Source: an uncultured Bdellovibrionales bacterium (GTDB lineage: Bacteria; Pseudomonadota; Alphaproteobacteria; Micavibrionales; SZUA-601). From it: a DNA stretch of 64,000 bases. The stretch covers positions 10,437-74,436 of the forward strand of contig CAZBXD010000001.1 of the NCBI GenBank assembly GCA_964496065.1, read 5' to 3'. The notes below the pieces were generated by a model, which saw only the letters and a list, made by a program, of their open reading frames with translations, searched no databases and was not told the origin of the DNA. The translations under genes were made by a program, and so were the position numbers. The number at the start of each line of letters is the position of its first letter. Positions within the stretch are counted from its first letter, which is position 1. This document shows, one piece after another, positions 1 to 10,308 of this stretch.

Positions 1-107
1 ACTACGCATCACACCCAGAAGTTGATTTTAAAAGTTTGTATAAAATAAACTTTCATGTGTATAATGCATACATATATACCATAAACATGCAATATGTCAA
101 GAAAATA

Positions 108-758
108 ATGATTACAATTGAACAAATTAAGGCGGCACGGGCATTGTTAAACCTTAAGCAATCTGATGTTGCGAAGGTGGCTGGGATATCTTTGACCTCC
201 CTCAATAATATTGAGCGCGGCGTGACATCACCACGAATTGCAACATTGAAGGTTATTCAAAAAGCTTTAGAAAATGCAGGGGTTGAATTTATTGCTAATG
301 ATGGAGTCTGCCGTCGGCGCGATACATTCAATGTAGATATTTTTGAAGGTAAAGAGGTTGTTGAAAAATATTTAAATGATGTTCCTGAAACACTTATCGA
401 TGGCGGCACTTTTATGGTGATTGGCAATGATGAAGAAAATTTCATTCAGCGTGATAAAAAGCTATTTGACCTTTATTTTGAAAATTTGAAAAATAAGAAT
501 ATTAAAGAAAAAGTTCTTTTATGTGAGGGAGATATGAATTTTTATGCTGAACCTGAAGTAACAGAGTATCGTTGGATGAAAAAGGAAATTTTTTCGAATA
601 CACCTTATGCTGTCTATGGCAATAAATGTTCCATGATTACATGGGGAAATCCGGATCGTCTGATTATTATTGAGAGTGAAGCTATTGCGGATTCAGCACG
701 CCGCCAGTTTTTAGAACATTGGAATAACGCAAGAGTACCGGAAAGCCTAGTCCAATAA
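108..758 (+). CDS. XRE-family helix-turn-helix transcriptional regulator with unrecognised C-terminal domain
   Basis: [38 protein letters not shown] is a classic Cro/C1-type HTH. The ORF track opens at 36, but the first 24 codons are AT-rich leader-like sequence, so the ATG at 108 is preferred. The remaining ~150 aa are not recognised. Confidence 0.7.
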   Translation: MITIEQIKAARALLNLKQSDVAKVAGISLTSLNNIERGVTSPRIATLKVIQKALENAGVEFIANDGVCRRRDTFNVDIFEGKEVVEKYLNDVPETLIDGGTFMVIGNDEENFIQRDKKLFDLYFENLKNKNIKEKVLLCEGDMNFYAEPEVTEYRWMKKEIFSNTPYAVYGNKCSMITWGNPDRLIIIESEAIADSARRQFLEHWNNARVPESLVQ

Positions 759-1775
759 ATCCGGCTGGGTATTGGTTGGGGTGTTTAGACCTAAATATTT
801 AAACCCGGCCGCCGAGAGCATTCGTCCACGCGGTGTCCTTTGCACCAAGCCTTTCTGAAGAAGAAACGGCTCAATCACATCTTCCAAAACATCCCGTTCC
901 TCACCCAGCGTGGCGGAGAGGGTTTCAATGCCAACCGGCCCCCCACCATAATGGTCGGCAATCGTTTGCAAATAACGCTGATCCATGCGATCCAGGCCAT
1001 GACGATCAACATCGAGTTGTTGCAGGGCTTGGTCAGCCGCTATGGCATCAATCATGCTAATATCCCGCGCCATCACAATATCGCGGACGCGTCGAACAAG
1101 GCGCCCCGCCACGCGTGGTGTCCCACGGGATCGTTTGGCAATCTCGAGCGCGCCATCATCGGTCATCGTCATATCCAAAAGCTTTGCGGCGCGCGAGACA
1201 ATCTGCGATAGATCCTCTGGGCTATAAAAATCAAGCCGTAGCGGAATGCCAAAGCGATCGCGTAGCGGTGTTGTGAGCAGGCCGGAGCGGGTTGTCGCCG
1301 CCACAAGCGTAAAGGCGGGCAGATCAATTTGCACGGAACGCGCCGCCGGGCCTTCGCCGATGACAAGATCAAGCTTACCATCTTCCATTGCAGGATAGAG
1401 GATTTCTTCAACCGCGGGGGAGAGGCGGTGAATCTCATCAATAAAGAGCACATCATTCGGTTGGAGGTTGGTCAGGATCGCGGCTAAGTCTCCAGCCCGG
1501 GCAATGACGGGGCCGGAGGTTGCCCGAAAGCCAACGCCAAGTTCACGGGCGACTATTTGCGCGAGGGTGGTTTTGCCCAATCCCGGTGGGCCGGCAATAA
1601 GCACATGATCCAGCGCTTCACCGCGTTTCTTAGCGGCCTCAACAAAAATCTTCAGATTGTCACAGGTTTTTGGTTGGCCAATAAATTCTGATAAGAATTG
1701 TGGACGCAGGGCTTTATCGGAACTGTCATCCTGTTGCTCAACTGGGTCGGTCAGGCGTTGCACGGGTTTAGTCAT
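747..1775 (-). CDS. ruvB: Holliday junction branch migration helicase RuvB
   Basis: Walker [21 protein letters not shown], and full-length similarity to RuvB AAA+ proteins. Its start overlaps the ruvA stop by 4 nt. Confidence 0.97.
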   Translation of the reverse strand: MTKPVQRLTDPVEQQDDSSDKALRPQFLSEFIGQPKTCDNLKIFVEAAKKRGEALDHVLIAGPPGLGKTTLAQIVARELGVGFRATSGPVIARAGDLAAILTNLQPNDVLFIDEIHRLSPAVEEILYPAMEDGKLDLVIGEGPAARSVQIDLPAFTLVAATTRSGLLTTPLRDRFGIPLRLDFYSPEDLSQIVSRAAKLLDMTMTDDGALEIAKRSRGTPRVAGRLVRRVRDIVMARDISMIDAIAADQALQQLDVDRHGLDRMDQRYLQTIADHYGGGPVGIETLSATLGEERDVLEDVIEPFLLQKGLVQRTPRGRMLSAAGFKYLGLNTPTNTQPDLLD

Positions 1776-2383
1776 GCGCTCAACTCCTTAAGCCCAAGGG
1801 TGATCAAGGTTTGAACCTCATCACTTTGATTAGAAATTTTTGCGATGGCAGAAAACGCCTCTGTTTGACCATAGCCAAGATTAACCAGCGCTGACACGGC
1901 ATCATTTGCGGCGGTGTTTTCTGTATTCGTGATGGGGTTTTGGGTATTCGCTGGCGTGAAGCTAGTCGCAGATAGCGCCATCTTGCCGGCTTTGTCCTTG
2001 AGTTCTGTTAAAATCCGCCCGGCGAGTTTCGGGCCAACGCCGCTGACCTGGGTCAATATGGCTTTATCTTGCGCGGCGATGGTGGTAGCCAGCTGTTCGG
2101 CCGGAATGGTGGAGAGAATACTCAGGCCCATCTTGGCGCCAACACCCTGAACCGTGGTTAGGATGGTAAACCACTCTTTTTCTGACTTGTCGGCAAAACC
2201 AAAAAGGTGAATATGATCTTCGCGCACATGGGTATGGATATAGAGCTTGGTGGCTTCACCAACTCCACCGATTTTGGAGAGTGTCCGGCTGGAGGTAAAC
2301 ACCTCATACCCAACGCCATTAACATCCAAGAGCACAGAATTGGTGTCCAGAGATTCAATCAATCCTTTGAGCAGCGCGATCAT
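1772..2383 (-). CDS. ruvA: Holliday junction DNA-binding protein RuvA
   Basis: N-terminus [28 protein letters not shown] and HhH motifs ([24 protein letters not shown]). Lies in a ruvC-ruvA-ruvB chain with 4-nt overlaps. Confidence 0.95.
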   Translation of the reverse strand: MIALLKGLIESLDTNSVLLDVNGVGYEVFTSSRTLSKIGGVGEATKLYIHTHVREDHIHLFGFADKSEKEWFTILTTVQGVGAKMGLSILSTIPAEQLATTIAAQDKAILTQVSGVGPKLAGRILTELKDKAGKMALSATSFTPANTQNPITNTENTAANDAVSALVNLGYGQTEAFSAIAKISNQSDEVQTLITLGLKELSA

Positions 2384-2874
2384 GAGGCTTTCCCCGTGAT
2401 TTGATGGCTTTGATGATGATGTGCATGGCAGATGGCGATCGCAAAAGCATCCGCGGTATCCGCCGTATCTAAATCGGCTTTTGGGAGAAGCGTTTTGACC
2501 ATCATTTGAATTTGTTCCTTCCCAGCATGTCCGGCGCCCACGACGGACTTCTTCACCATATTGGCAGAGTATTCATAAACCGGCAAGCCTTGAAGCGCCG
2601 GGGCAACCATGACAACACCACGCGCCATCCCCAGTTTGAGGGTCGATTTTGGATTTTGGTTAACGAAGGTTTCCTCCACGGCTGCCATGTTGGGCTCCCA
2701 CTGGCCAATGATGTGGTACAGTTTATCATGCAGGGTTTTCAGACGGTTAGCCATTGATTCTTTGGCATTGGTGTCGATTGTCCCGCCAGAAACAGGGGTC
2801 AGATGGTTCCCGAGAACGTCAATAATGCCCCACCCCGTATGGCGCAGGCCGGGGTCGAGGCCAATAATTCTCAT
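2380..2874 (-). CDS. ruvC: crossover junction endodeoxyribonuclease RuvC
   Basis: MRIIGLDPGLRHTGWGII start, a conserved acidic catalytic pattern and a size of 164 aa. Confidence 0.95.
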   Translation of the reverse strand: MRIIGLDPGLRHTGWGIIDVLGNHLTPVSGGTIDTNAKESMANRLKTLHDKLYHIIGQWEPNMAAVEETFVNQNPKSTLKLGMARGVVMVAPALQGLPVYEYSANMVKKSVVGAGHAGKEQIQMMVKTLLPKADLDTADTADAFAIAICHAHHHQSHQITGKAS

Positions 2875-2884
2875 TGTGTAATCC

Positions 2885-3637
2885 TCATGACGCCAACTTT
2901 TCTAAAATATCATCGGCAATATCAAAATTGGCATAAACATTTTGGACATCGTCCAGATCATCCAGCGCTTCCATCAATTTCATTACACTTGCGGCATTTT
3001 CCTCATCCACTGTAATGAGGTCATTTGCTTTCCAGATCAGGCCACTCGATTGTGGCTCACCATATTTCGTTTCCAACACGTCTAAAACAGCGGCAAAACT
3101 ATCTTTACTTGTGGTGATGTCGTGGGTGTCACCGTCGCTTTCAACATTTTCCGCGCCGGCTTCGACCGCGGCTTCAAAAATATCATCTTCTGTTGCTTTA
3201 TCAGCAGAAAAAACAATATTACCAACATAATCAAACATAAAGGAGACAGAGCCGGTTTCCCCCATCGATCCACCGTTTTTAGAAAAGCCAGCTCTTACTT
3301 CGGAGGCGGAGCGGTTGCGATTATCGGTCAAACATTCCACGACGATAGCGATGCCACCTGGGCCATAGCCTTCATAGCGAATTTCTTCGTAATCAGCCCC
3401 TTCACCAGTCCCAGCACCCGATTGGATAGCACGTTTAATCCGATCATTCGGCATATTATCGGATCGTGCTGCAGAAATAGCCAACCGCAGACGGGGATTC
3501 ATCGCCGGATCGTCACTCCCGCCCATTTTAACAGCTACGGTAATTTCTTTAGCACGGCGATTAAAGATTTTCGCGCGTTTTTTATCCTGTGCACCTTTGC
3601 GATGTTGAATATTTTTAAATTTGGAATGGCCCGCCAT
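2885..3637 (-). CDS. yebC: YebC/PmpR family DNA-binding transcriptional regulator
   Basis: MAGHSKFKNIQHRKGAQDKKRAKIF is the hallmark N-terminus. The ORF track extends to 3712, but the ATG at 3637 gives the canonical start. Confidence 0.93.
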   Translation of the reverse strand: MAGHSKFKNIQHRKGAQDKKRAKIFNRRAKEITVAVKMGGSDDPAMNPRLRLAISAARSDNMPNDRIKRAIQSGAGTGEGADYEEIRYEGYGPGGIAIVVECLTDNRNRSASEVRAGFSKNGGSMGETGSVSFMFDYVGNIVFSADKATEDDIFEAAVEAGAENVESDGDTHDITTSKDSFAAVLDVLETKYGEPQSSGLIWKANDLITVDEENAASVMKLMEALDDLDDVQNVYANFDIADDILEKLAS

Positions 3638-3831
3638 GTCTTTATTTTTCCTAGTTAATGTATTTTTGTCATTGTAAAAGGGTCTTTTGATAATGACAAG
3701 ATATTGCCACAATAGTTATTAAAGTATGGAAAATCCTTTTAATTTTAGACAATTAATATGCTATTCCTTGTGTTTTTTTAATTTTTTTTTGATAAGATTG
3801 TGCGAATAAAAAGAGTATTGGGGTATTCTTT

Positions 3832-4407
3832 ATGACATATCAGCTAAGTCGTTTAAGTGTTTTAGTGATTGATGACAATCAACCGATCCGCTTGCTCATT
3901 CGATCTCTTTTATTGGATTTAGGGGTTGGCACGGTTGAAATGGCTGACGGCGGTGAGTCTGGATGGAGAGAGTATCTTAAAAAGAAACCAGATCTCATTA
4001 TCGTTGATTGGCGGATGAAAGACCTTGACGGTATTGAATTTACCCGTCGTGTCCGTTCTGATAAGCAAAGCCATCAGCCACATATTCCCATTATCATGAC
4101 AACTGGCTTTACCAATAAAGAACGGGTGTTTACTGCACGTGATGCGGGTGTTACAGAGTTTTTAATTAAACCATTTACTGTACAGGGTTTAGCTCGACAT
4201 TTGATGCATGTTGTTGAAAATCCACGTCAATTTGTGATTTCTCCTAATTTTACCGGGCCGGATCGCCGTCGTCGTCAAGAAGAGCCCGATGTGCCAGATC
4301 TGAAACGGAGCGATGATAAAGATAAAATCATTGAAAAATCAAAAAAATCGCCAAAATATCTTGACCTGCGTGGCGGAAATATCAAAAAATCTGATAGTCA
4401 ATCTTAA
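3832..4407 (+). CDS. single-domain CheY-like response regulator with Arg-rich C-terminal tail
   Basis: Receiver signature is intact (VLVIDDN, IIVDWRMKDLDG, IIMTTG, LIKPF). It is followed by a ~65-aa charged tail starting FTGPDRRRRQ. Confidence 0.85.
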   Translation: MTYQLSRLSVLVIDDNQPIRLLIRSLLLDLGVGTVEMADGGESGWREYLKKKPDLIIVDWRMKDLDGIEFTRRVRSDKQSHQPHIPIIMTTGFTNKERVFTARDAGVTEFLIKPFTVQGLARHLMHVVENPRQFVISPNFTGPDRRRRQEEPDVPDLKRSDDKDKIIEKSKKSPKYLDLRGGNIKKSDSQS

Positions 4408-4429
4408 CTTTTCTGGGTGGTAACGTTTT

Positions 4430-4921
4430 ATGTCTGAACCTGATAATCAAAATGATGAAGTAAAAGTCATCACCCCGCCTAATAAAATTAAAGAAAAAGT
4501 TGGGGACGGGGGGATTGATCCTCAGAATATTAAAAAGGCTGAAGAAACCATGTCTGAATCAACAGAAACCTTTGCTGAAGCTGCGCAAGAAGATTTAGCC
4601 ATTATTGCAAAAGCGATAGAAAGTGTTAGCAAGGGTGAAATGAAGGCCGCTCAAGCAATTAGGGAGATTAATGCGGCTGCCTTTGAGTTAAAATCAAATG
4701 CAGGTATGTTTAACTACACCTTAGTAACAGATATCTCAACGAGTCTTTTTCAACTCACAGATATGTTAGAAGACATCAATGATGAATCCTTGAATGTTTT
4801 GCAACTTCACTATCAATCAATTCGTGCTGCTATGGCTTCTGGTGGTAAGGCGGACAGTCCTGAAAACGGGAAAGCATTGATCAAAGGATTGATGGCGGCT
4901 TCTGGAAAAGTTTTAGAGTAA
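4430..4921 (+). CDS. Hpt-like four-helix protein lacking the phospho-accepting histidine (tentative)
   Basis: Segment AAAFELKSNAGMFNY matches the Hpt core motif (a-H-x-L-K-G-s-A-g-x-f-G) except that Phe occupies the His position (codon 4682-4684). It sits 22 nt downstream of the response regulator. Confidence 0.5.
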   Translation: MSEPDNQNDEVKVITPPNKIKEKVGDGGIDPQNIKKAEETMSESTETFAEAAQEDLAIIAKAIESVSKGEMKAAQAIREINAAAFELKSNAGMFNYTLVTDISTSLFQLTDMLEDINDESLNVLQLHYQSIRAAMASGGKADSPENGKALIKGLMAASGKVLE

Positions 4922-4926
4922 GCGCT

Positions 4927-5730
4927 TTATCCTGTTTGTTTGAGGTGGCCGCCAGCCCGGATTGGAGTTATTGTTTTTGCTAATCCGGTTGTCTCATTTG
5001 TTTCAACAATAACTCCGCATAGGGTCCCATCACCATTGGCAGGCTGTAATCGACCTAGATTCATTTTTTTGATAAAACGATTAAATGGCTCGGTTTTTTC
5101 TGCGCCAACAATACTGTCATAATCCCCTGTCATGCCGACATCTGTCATATAAGCGGTCCCTTGGGTTAAAATGCGGTCATCTGCAGTTTGGATATGGGTA
5201 TGTGTGCCAACAACCGCAGAAACCTGTCCATCAAAATATTGGCCCATAACCATGGTTTCGGATGTTGCCTCAGCATGAAAATCAACAAAAATAGCATCAA
5301 CATTTTTTTTGAGCGTGTATCGTTCTAGTAATTTTTTTATACATAGGAAAGGATCATCCGTCGGATCCATAAAAACACGTCCGAGCAAGTGAATAAGAAG
5401 AAGCTTTTTCCCGTTTTTTTCGAGAATATGAAAACCTTGGCCTGGTGAGTTTTCAGGCATATTATGAGGTCTTAATAGTCTTGGTTCTTGGTCAATAAAG
5501 GAAATTATATCCCGCTGATTCCAAATATGATCCCCACCAGTAAGTGCATCGACCCCAAAATCAAGAAGGTTCTGGGCAATTTCTGCTGTTACGCCAAATC
5601 CATGCGCAGCATTATCAACATTAGCAATCACAAAATCAGTGGCATATTTTTCTTTAAGGGGGGGGAGATACTGTTTAAGAGTTTGACGGCCACATTTTCC
5701 GTATATATCACCAATAAATAAAATTTTCAT
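4927..5730 (-). CDS. YmdB-family metallophosphoesterase
   Basis: MKILFIGDIYGKCGR, NVDNAAHGFG, GDHIWN and DFHAEATSE motifs are typical of the YmdB calcineurin-like phosphoesterase family. Confidence 0.85.
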   Translation of the reverse strand: MKILFIGDIYGKCGRQTLKQYLPPLKEKYATDFVIANVDNAAHGFGVTAEIAQNLLDFGVDALTGGDHIWNQRDIISFIDQEPRLLRPHNMPENSPGQGFHILEKNGKKLLLIHLLGRVFMDPTDDPFLCIKKLLERYTLKKNVDAIFVDFHAEATSETMVMGQYFDGQVSAVVGTHTHIQTADDRILTQGTAYMTDVGMTGDYDSIVGAEKTEPFNRFIKKMNLGRLQPANGDGTLCGVIVETNETTGLAKTITPIRAGGHLKQTG

Positions 5731-6320
5731 GTGAACTTTATCGCGCCTTTTTCAGTGATAATCCAGTCCATTTTTTCATCATGGTCTTCAAACGGTACAT
5801 CATCATTTTTTTGTCCACTATAGGCAACGCCAATAGCTTTGATAGGTTTGATTCTCCTTAAATCTTCTAATGTTCGGTCATAAAATCCAGTACCATAGCC
5901 CAAGCGATAGCCCTGACTATTGAAGGCAAGCATTGGGATGATCAGGAAGTCTGGAATGATACTTGGCATATGAGAAGAGGGTTCGGGAACGCCAAAAGAG
6001 CCTTTTGTCAAGGCATCGCCACTGCGATAAAGCCGAAAAATCAAAGGTTCTTCTTTTGATGTAATAATTGGCAGAGCGGTAAGATGCCCTTGCTCATTCA
6101 ACGTATCCATGAGAGGACGCGAATTAACCTCTGAGCCAATTGGGTAATAGGCAGCAAAAACGGTGCGGGGCATAAAATGTTGGGTTTGAAAAAAATGATC
6201 ATTAATTTTCTCAGAAAATTCTCGGCCGTTTTTTTGATGAATATCCTGACGGATTGATCGCGCATATATACGAATATCTTTTTTATTTGGGTCTGTCATA
6301 CAGGCCATAAAATACATCAA
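5727..6320 (-). CDS. 5-formyltetrahydrofolate cyclo-ligase
   Basis: Size plus the C-terminal GYGTGFYDR motif, and the conserved position downstream of zapA and the 6S RNA. The exact start among several N-terminal Met codons is uncertain. Confidence 0.82.
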   Translation of the reverse strand: MMYFMACMTDPNKKDIRIYARSIRQDIHQKNGREFSEKINDHFFQTQHFMPRTVFAAYYPIGSEVNSRPLMDTLNEQGHLTALPIITSKEEPLIFRLYRSGDALTKGSFGVPEPSSHMPSIIPDFLIIPMLAFNSQGYRLGYGTGFYDRTLEDLRRIKPIKAIGVAYSGQKNDDVPFEDHDEKMDWIITEKGAIKFT

Positions 6321-6332
6321 AGTTTAAAAAAA

Positions 6333-6487
6333 ATAAAAGAGCCGCGACGTCGTTGAATTATCTATTCACCTGCGGCCCGAAAGCACAGGGGGGCACCATA
6401 TAATAAAGCCAGAGCTTTATCAGAGACAGCACCCATAAAAAAACATCGGCCCCGAGAATAAGAATTCTGACGAACGCCGCAGCGGAC
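6333..6487 (-). ncRNA. ssrS: 6S RNA (SsrS) candidate
   Basis: A 214-nt non-coding gap in the conserved zapA / 6S / 5-FCL synteny. On the minus strand there is a TTGAAA-17-CATAAT promoter at about 6520-6492. The 5-prime GCUGCGGCGUU...GAAUU pairs with the 3-prime AAUUC...AACGACGUCGCGGC to form a long closing stem, followed by a U-rich tail. Ends are approximate. Confidence 0.55.
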
Positions 6488-6534
6488 AAATATTATGTCT
6501 GTAATTGTGCTAATTTTCAACTAAATAATTGACG

Positions 6535-6858
6535 TCAAGCGTGGGAGATTTTTTTTGCTAACGCTTCGATTTTTTCAGTGAGGTGATCGACGGCGGCAAT
6601 ATCAATTTGCTGCTGACGGTCTTGACGTTGTTCATTGAAATTTGTTGTTTGAGTTTCTCTTTCAGAAAAAAGTTCATCTGCAAGAACAAGCGCTCCAAGG
6701 ACCAGAAGGTGCTGTTCACTGCTGGCGGCACCAGCTTGGGCAATTTTTCGAATGCGTTGGTCAATATAAGAACTTAACTCTAAAACTCGGCCCTCTTGTC
6801 CATCATCACACGCGACACTATAGGCTTTTCCGTTGAGTGAAATAGTAACTTTTGGCAT
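6535..6858 (-). CDS. zapA: cell division protein ZapA
   Basis: MPKVTISLNGKAYSVACDDGQEGRVLELSSYIDQRI is a typical ZapA N-terminus. Size is 107 aa. Confidence 0.9.
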   Translation of the reverse strand: MPKVTISLNGKAYSVACDDGQEGRVLELSSYIDQRIRKIAQAGAASSEQHLLVLGALVLADELFSERETQTTNFNEQRQDRQQQIDIAAVDHLTEKIEALAKKISHA

Positions 6859-6861
6859 AAA

Positions 6862-7071
6862 TTATTCCTTTGCTCCGACAATCTGCTCAATTTTTTCGAT
6901 CGCGTGATCCAATCCCTTAGTGATGTCAGATGAATCTTTATGGGCTTTATGCAATTGATGCGTCAAATCCTTTTGTTTATCGGCCAATTCGTCAAGCTTA
7001 TAATCAAAAGCTTTTTCAAGCTTGTTAAGCGCTTGGTCAAGATTTTCAAGTGATGTGGTAAGTGATGACAT
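6862..7071 (-). CDS. small coiled-coil protein (DUF4164-like) upstream of zapA
   Basis: A 69-aa heptad-rich sequence whose stop lies 3 nt before the zapA start. This position is typical of the small coiled-coil partner gene in alphaproteobacteria. Confidence 0.6.
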   Translation of the reverse strand: MSSLTTSLENLDQALNKLEKAFDYKLDELADKQKDLTHQLHKAHKDSSDITKGLDHAIEKIEQIVGAKE

Positions 7072-7177
7072 ATTACATTCCTTTGGTCGATATTATAAGC
7101 ATGTTTATCTCCCTTGTTCAAGATAGTGATATCGATTATCCTCTGGCGGATCATTTATTTTACCCAAAGGATTACGG

Positions 7178-9199
7178 ATGGCACAGTCTGTTTCTAGCTC
7201 TTCTTTTCATGTAAACGAACTTCCTTTACAAGATATGGCTTATGCTATTCGGTTTTTGGCCATGGATGCTGTGCAAAAGGCAAATTCTGGTCATCCTGGG
7301 ATGCCAATGGGGATGGCGGATGTTGCAACAGTTCTTTTCGCAAAATTTTTAAAATTTGATGTTGATAACCCAAAATGGCCAGATCGCGATCGTTTTATTT
7401 TATCGGCTGGTCATGGGTCAATGCTGCTTTATGCGCTAAGCTATTTGGTTGGATATGAAGAAATGACCCTTGATCAACTGAAAAATTTTCGCCAATTAGG
7501 GGCCTTAACGGCTGGTCACCCCGAATATGATCCACGTGTTGGCATTGAAATGACAACAGGCCCATTGGGACAGGGCATCAGTACTGCAGTTGGCTTTTCC
7601 CTCGCAGAACGCCATTTGAATGCGCGTTTTGGTGACAACCTTGTTAATCATTATACCTACGTTATTGCCAGCGATGGTGATCTCATGGAAGGGGTAAGTC
7701 ATGAGGCTTGTTCTTTGGCTGGGCATTTAAAACTCGACCGTCTGATTGTGTTATATGATAGTAATGATATTTCAATCGATGGGAGCACAGAACTTTCCTA
7801 TACGGAAGATTCTGCGAAGCGCTTTGAAGCCTATGGCTGGGATGTGCAAACGATTGATGGTCATGATTTTGACGCCATTGAGGTCGCAATTAACCAGGCC
7901 AAAACTACGGATAAACCATCTCTTATCATCTGCCGGACAACAATTGCCTTTGGCGCGCCAACTAAAGCGGGCACATCTGCTGCTCACGGGTCTCCTTTAG
8001 GCGATGATGAAATTGCAGCAACCCGGTCGGCCTTGGGTTGGAACCATTCTCCGTTTGAAATTCCAGAAAATCTCTTAAAAATCTGGCGTGACATCGGTAC
8101 GAAAGGGCAAAAAGAGCAAGATGCTTGGCAGGCACGTTTTGATCAATCGTTAGATAAACAAAAATTTGAACAAACCTACACTAAAGAAATCCCAAAAAGT
8201 GTATCTTCCGCCTTAAAAAAGCTCAAGGAAAGTATGGTTGCTGAAAAACCAGGCTTGGCAACACGAAAATCATCCGGTAAGGCGCTAGAGGTTATTGTGC
8301 CTCTTGTCGAGGCAATGGTTGGTGGATCAGCCGATCTGACGCCATCAAATAATACCCTTGTTGGGGATATGCAAGATTTAAATGCCAATAATTATAGTGG
8401 ACGCTATATTCGCTATGGTGTGCGTGAACACGGGATGGCAACAATCATGAACGGGATGGCGTTGCATGGGGGAGTAATTCCCTATGCAGGGACTTTCCTG
8501 TCCTTTGCCGATTATTCTCGACCGGCAATTCGTTTAGCGGCTTTAATGAAACAACAAGTTATCCATGTTATGACGCATGACTCTATTGGTTTGGGTGAAG
8601 ATGGCCCCACTCACCAACCAGTTGAACACTTAGCTGCTTTACGGGCCATTCCAAACGTTTATGTCTTTCGTCCTGCCGATACGATTGAGACAATTGAGGC
8701 ATGGGAAATAGCTCTTAACCTAAAAGAGGCTCCAAGTATTCTGGCCTTATCGCGCCAGTCTTTAAAAGATTGTCGCGCGATGTCAGATGAAAAGAATTTA
8801 GTTGCTAAGGGTGGCTATGTTTTACGAGAAAGTGATACCGATCATGCCGATTTAACCCTCATTGCAACCGGTTCGGAAGTGTCACTGGCGATTGATGTAT
8901 CGCGTCAATTGCTCAAAGAAGGTTTTACAACCCGCATTGTTTCAATTCCTTGCCGAGAATTGTTTCTAGAGCAAGAATCAGAATACTGTGCCGCAGTTTT
9001 GGGGCAGTATCCGCGTGTTATTCTTGAAGCTGGTATACGGATGGGCTGGGAGTATTTCTTGCGTCGAGGTGATCTGTATTGTGGAGTTGAAACCTTTGGT
9101 GAATCGGCGCCAGCATCCGATATTTTCGATTATTTTGGTTTGACGACAGAAAAAATCACGGAAAAAATAATCGATATGCTTGCATCCTCAGATGAATAG
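7178..9199 (+). CDS. tkt: transketolase
   Basis: SGHPGMPMGMAD, the GDGDLMEG-like ASDGDLMEGVSHEA, and EDGPTHQPVEHLA. Length is 673 aa. Confidence 0.97.
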   Translation: MAQSVSSSSFHVNELPLQDMAYAIRFLAMDAVQKANSGHPGMPMGMADVATVLFAKFLKFDVDNPKWPDRDRFILSAGHGSMLLYALSYLVGYEEMTLDQLKNFRQLGALTAGHPEYDPRVGIEMTTGPLGQGISTAVGFSLAERHLNARFGDNLVNHYTYVIASDGDLMEGVSHEACSLAGHLKLDRLIVLYDSNDISIDGSTELSYTEDSAKRFEAYGWDVQTIDGHDFDAIEVAINQAKTTDKPSLIICRTTIAFGAPTKAGTSAAHGSPLGDDEIAATRSALGWNHSPFEIPENLLKIWRDIGTKGQKEQDAWQARFDQSLDKQKFEQTYTKEIPKSVSSALKKLKESMVAEKPGLATRKSSGKALEVIVPLVEAMVGGSADLTPSNNTLVGDMQDLNANNYSGRYIRYGVREHGMATIMNGMALHGGVIPYAGTFLSFADYSRPAIRLAALMKQQVIHVMTHDSIGLGEDGPTHQPVEHLAALRAIPNVYVFRPADTIETIEAWEIALNLKEAPSILALSRQSLKDCRAMSDEKNLVAKGGYVLRESDTDHADLTLIATGSEVSLAIDVSRQLLKEGFTTRIVSIPCRELFLEQESEYCAAVLGQYPRVILEAGIRMGWEYFLRRGDLYCGVETFGESAPASDIFDYFGLTTEKITEKIIDMLASSDE

Positions 9200-9249
9200 G
9201 GTATTTTTCATGATGTCTTCTCAAGACATGACAAACAAAAAGGATTTAA

Positions 9250-10254
<1,005 letters not shown>

Positions 10255-10267
10255 TAGAAGAAGATAA

Positions 10268-10295
10268 GAAAAGCCGCTCTAAGCGGCTTTTTTTG
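10268..10295. terminator. bidirectional rho-independent terminator between gap and gcrA
   Basis: AAGCCGC-tctaa-GCGGCTT hairpin flanked by an A-run and a T-run. Confidence 0.7.
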
Positions 10296-10308
10296 AAACT
10301 TTTTTGGC

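Noticed and set aside
36-107. N-terminal extensions offered by the ORF track at 36-107, 3638-3712, 24415-24480, 39873-39914, 44068-44133, 58286-58321 and 23714-23743.
   Set aside because: In each case an internal ATG gives the canonical family N-terminus or signal peptide, often with a better RBS. For 44068 the extension would start upstream of the sigma-54 promoter.
9213-9229. 7-bp stem, 3-nt loop hairpin (ATGTCTT-ctc-AAGACAT) between tkt and gap, considered as a terminator or attenuator.
   Set aside because: No U-tract follows it, and the stem is AT-rich and weak. tkt and gap are probably co-transcribed, and the function is not inferable from sequence.
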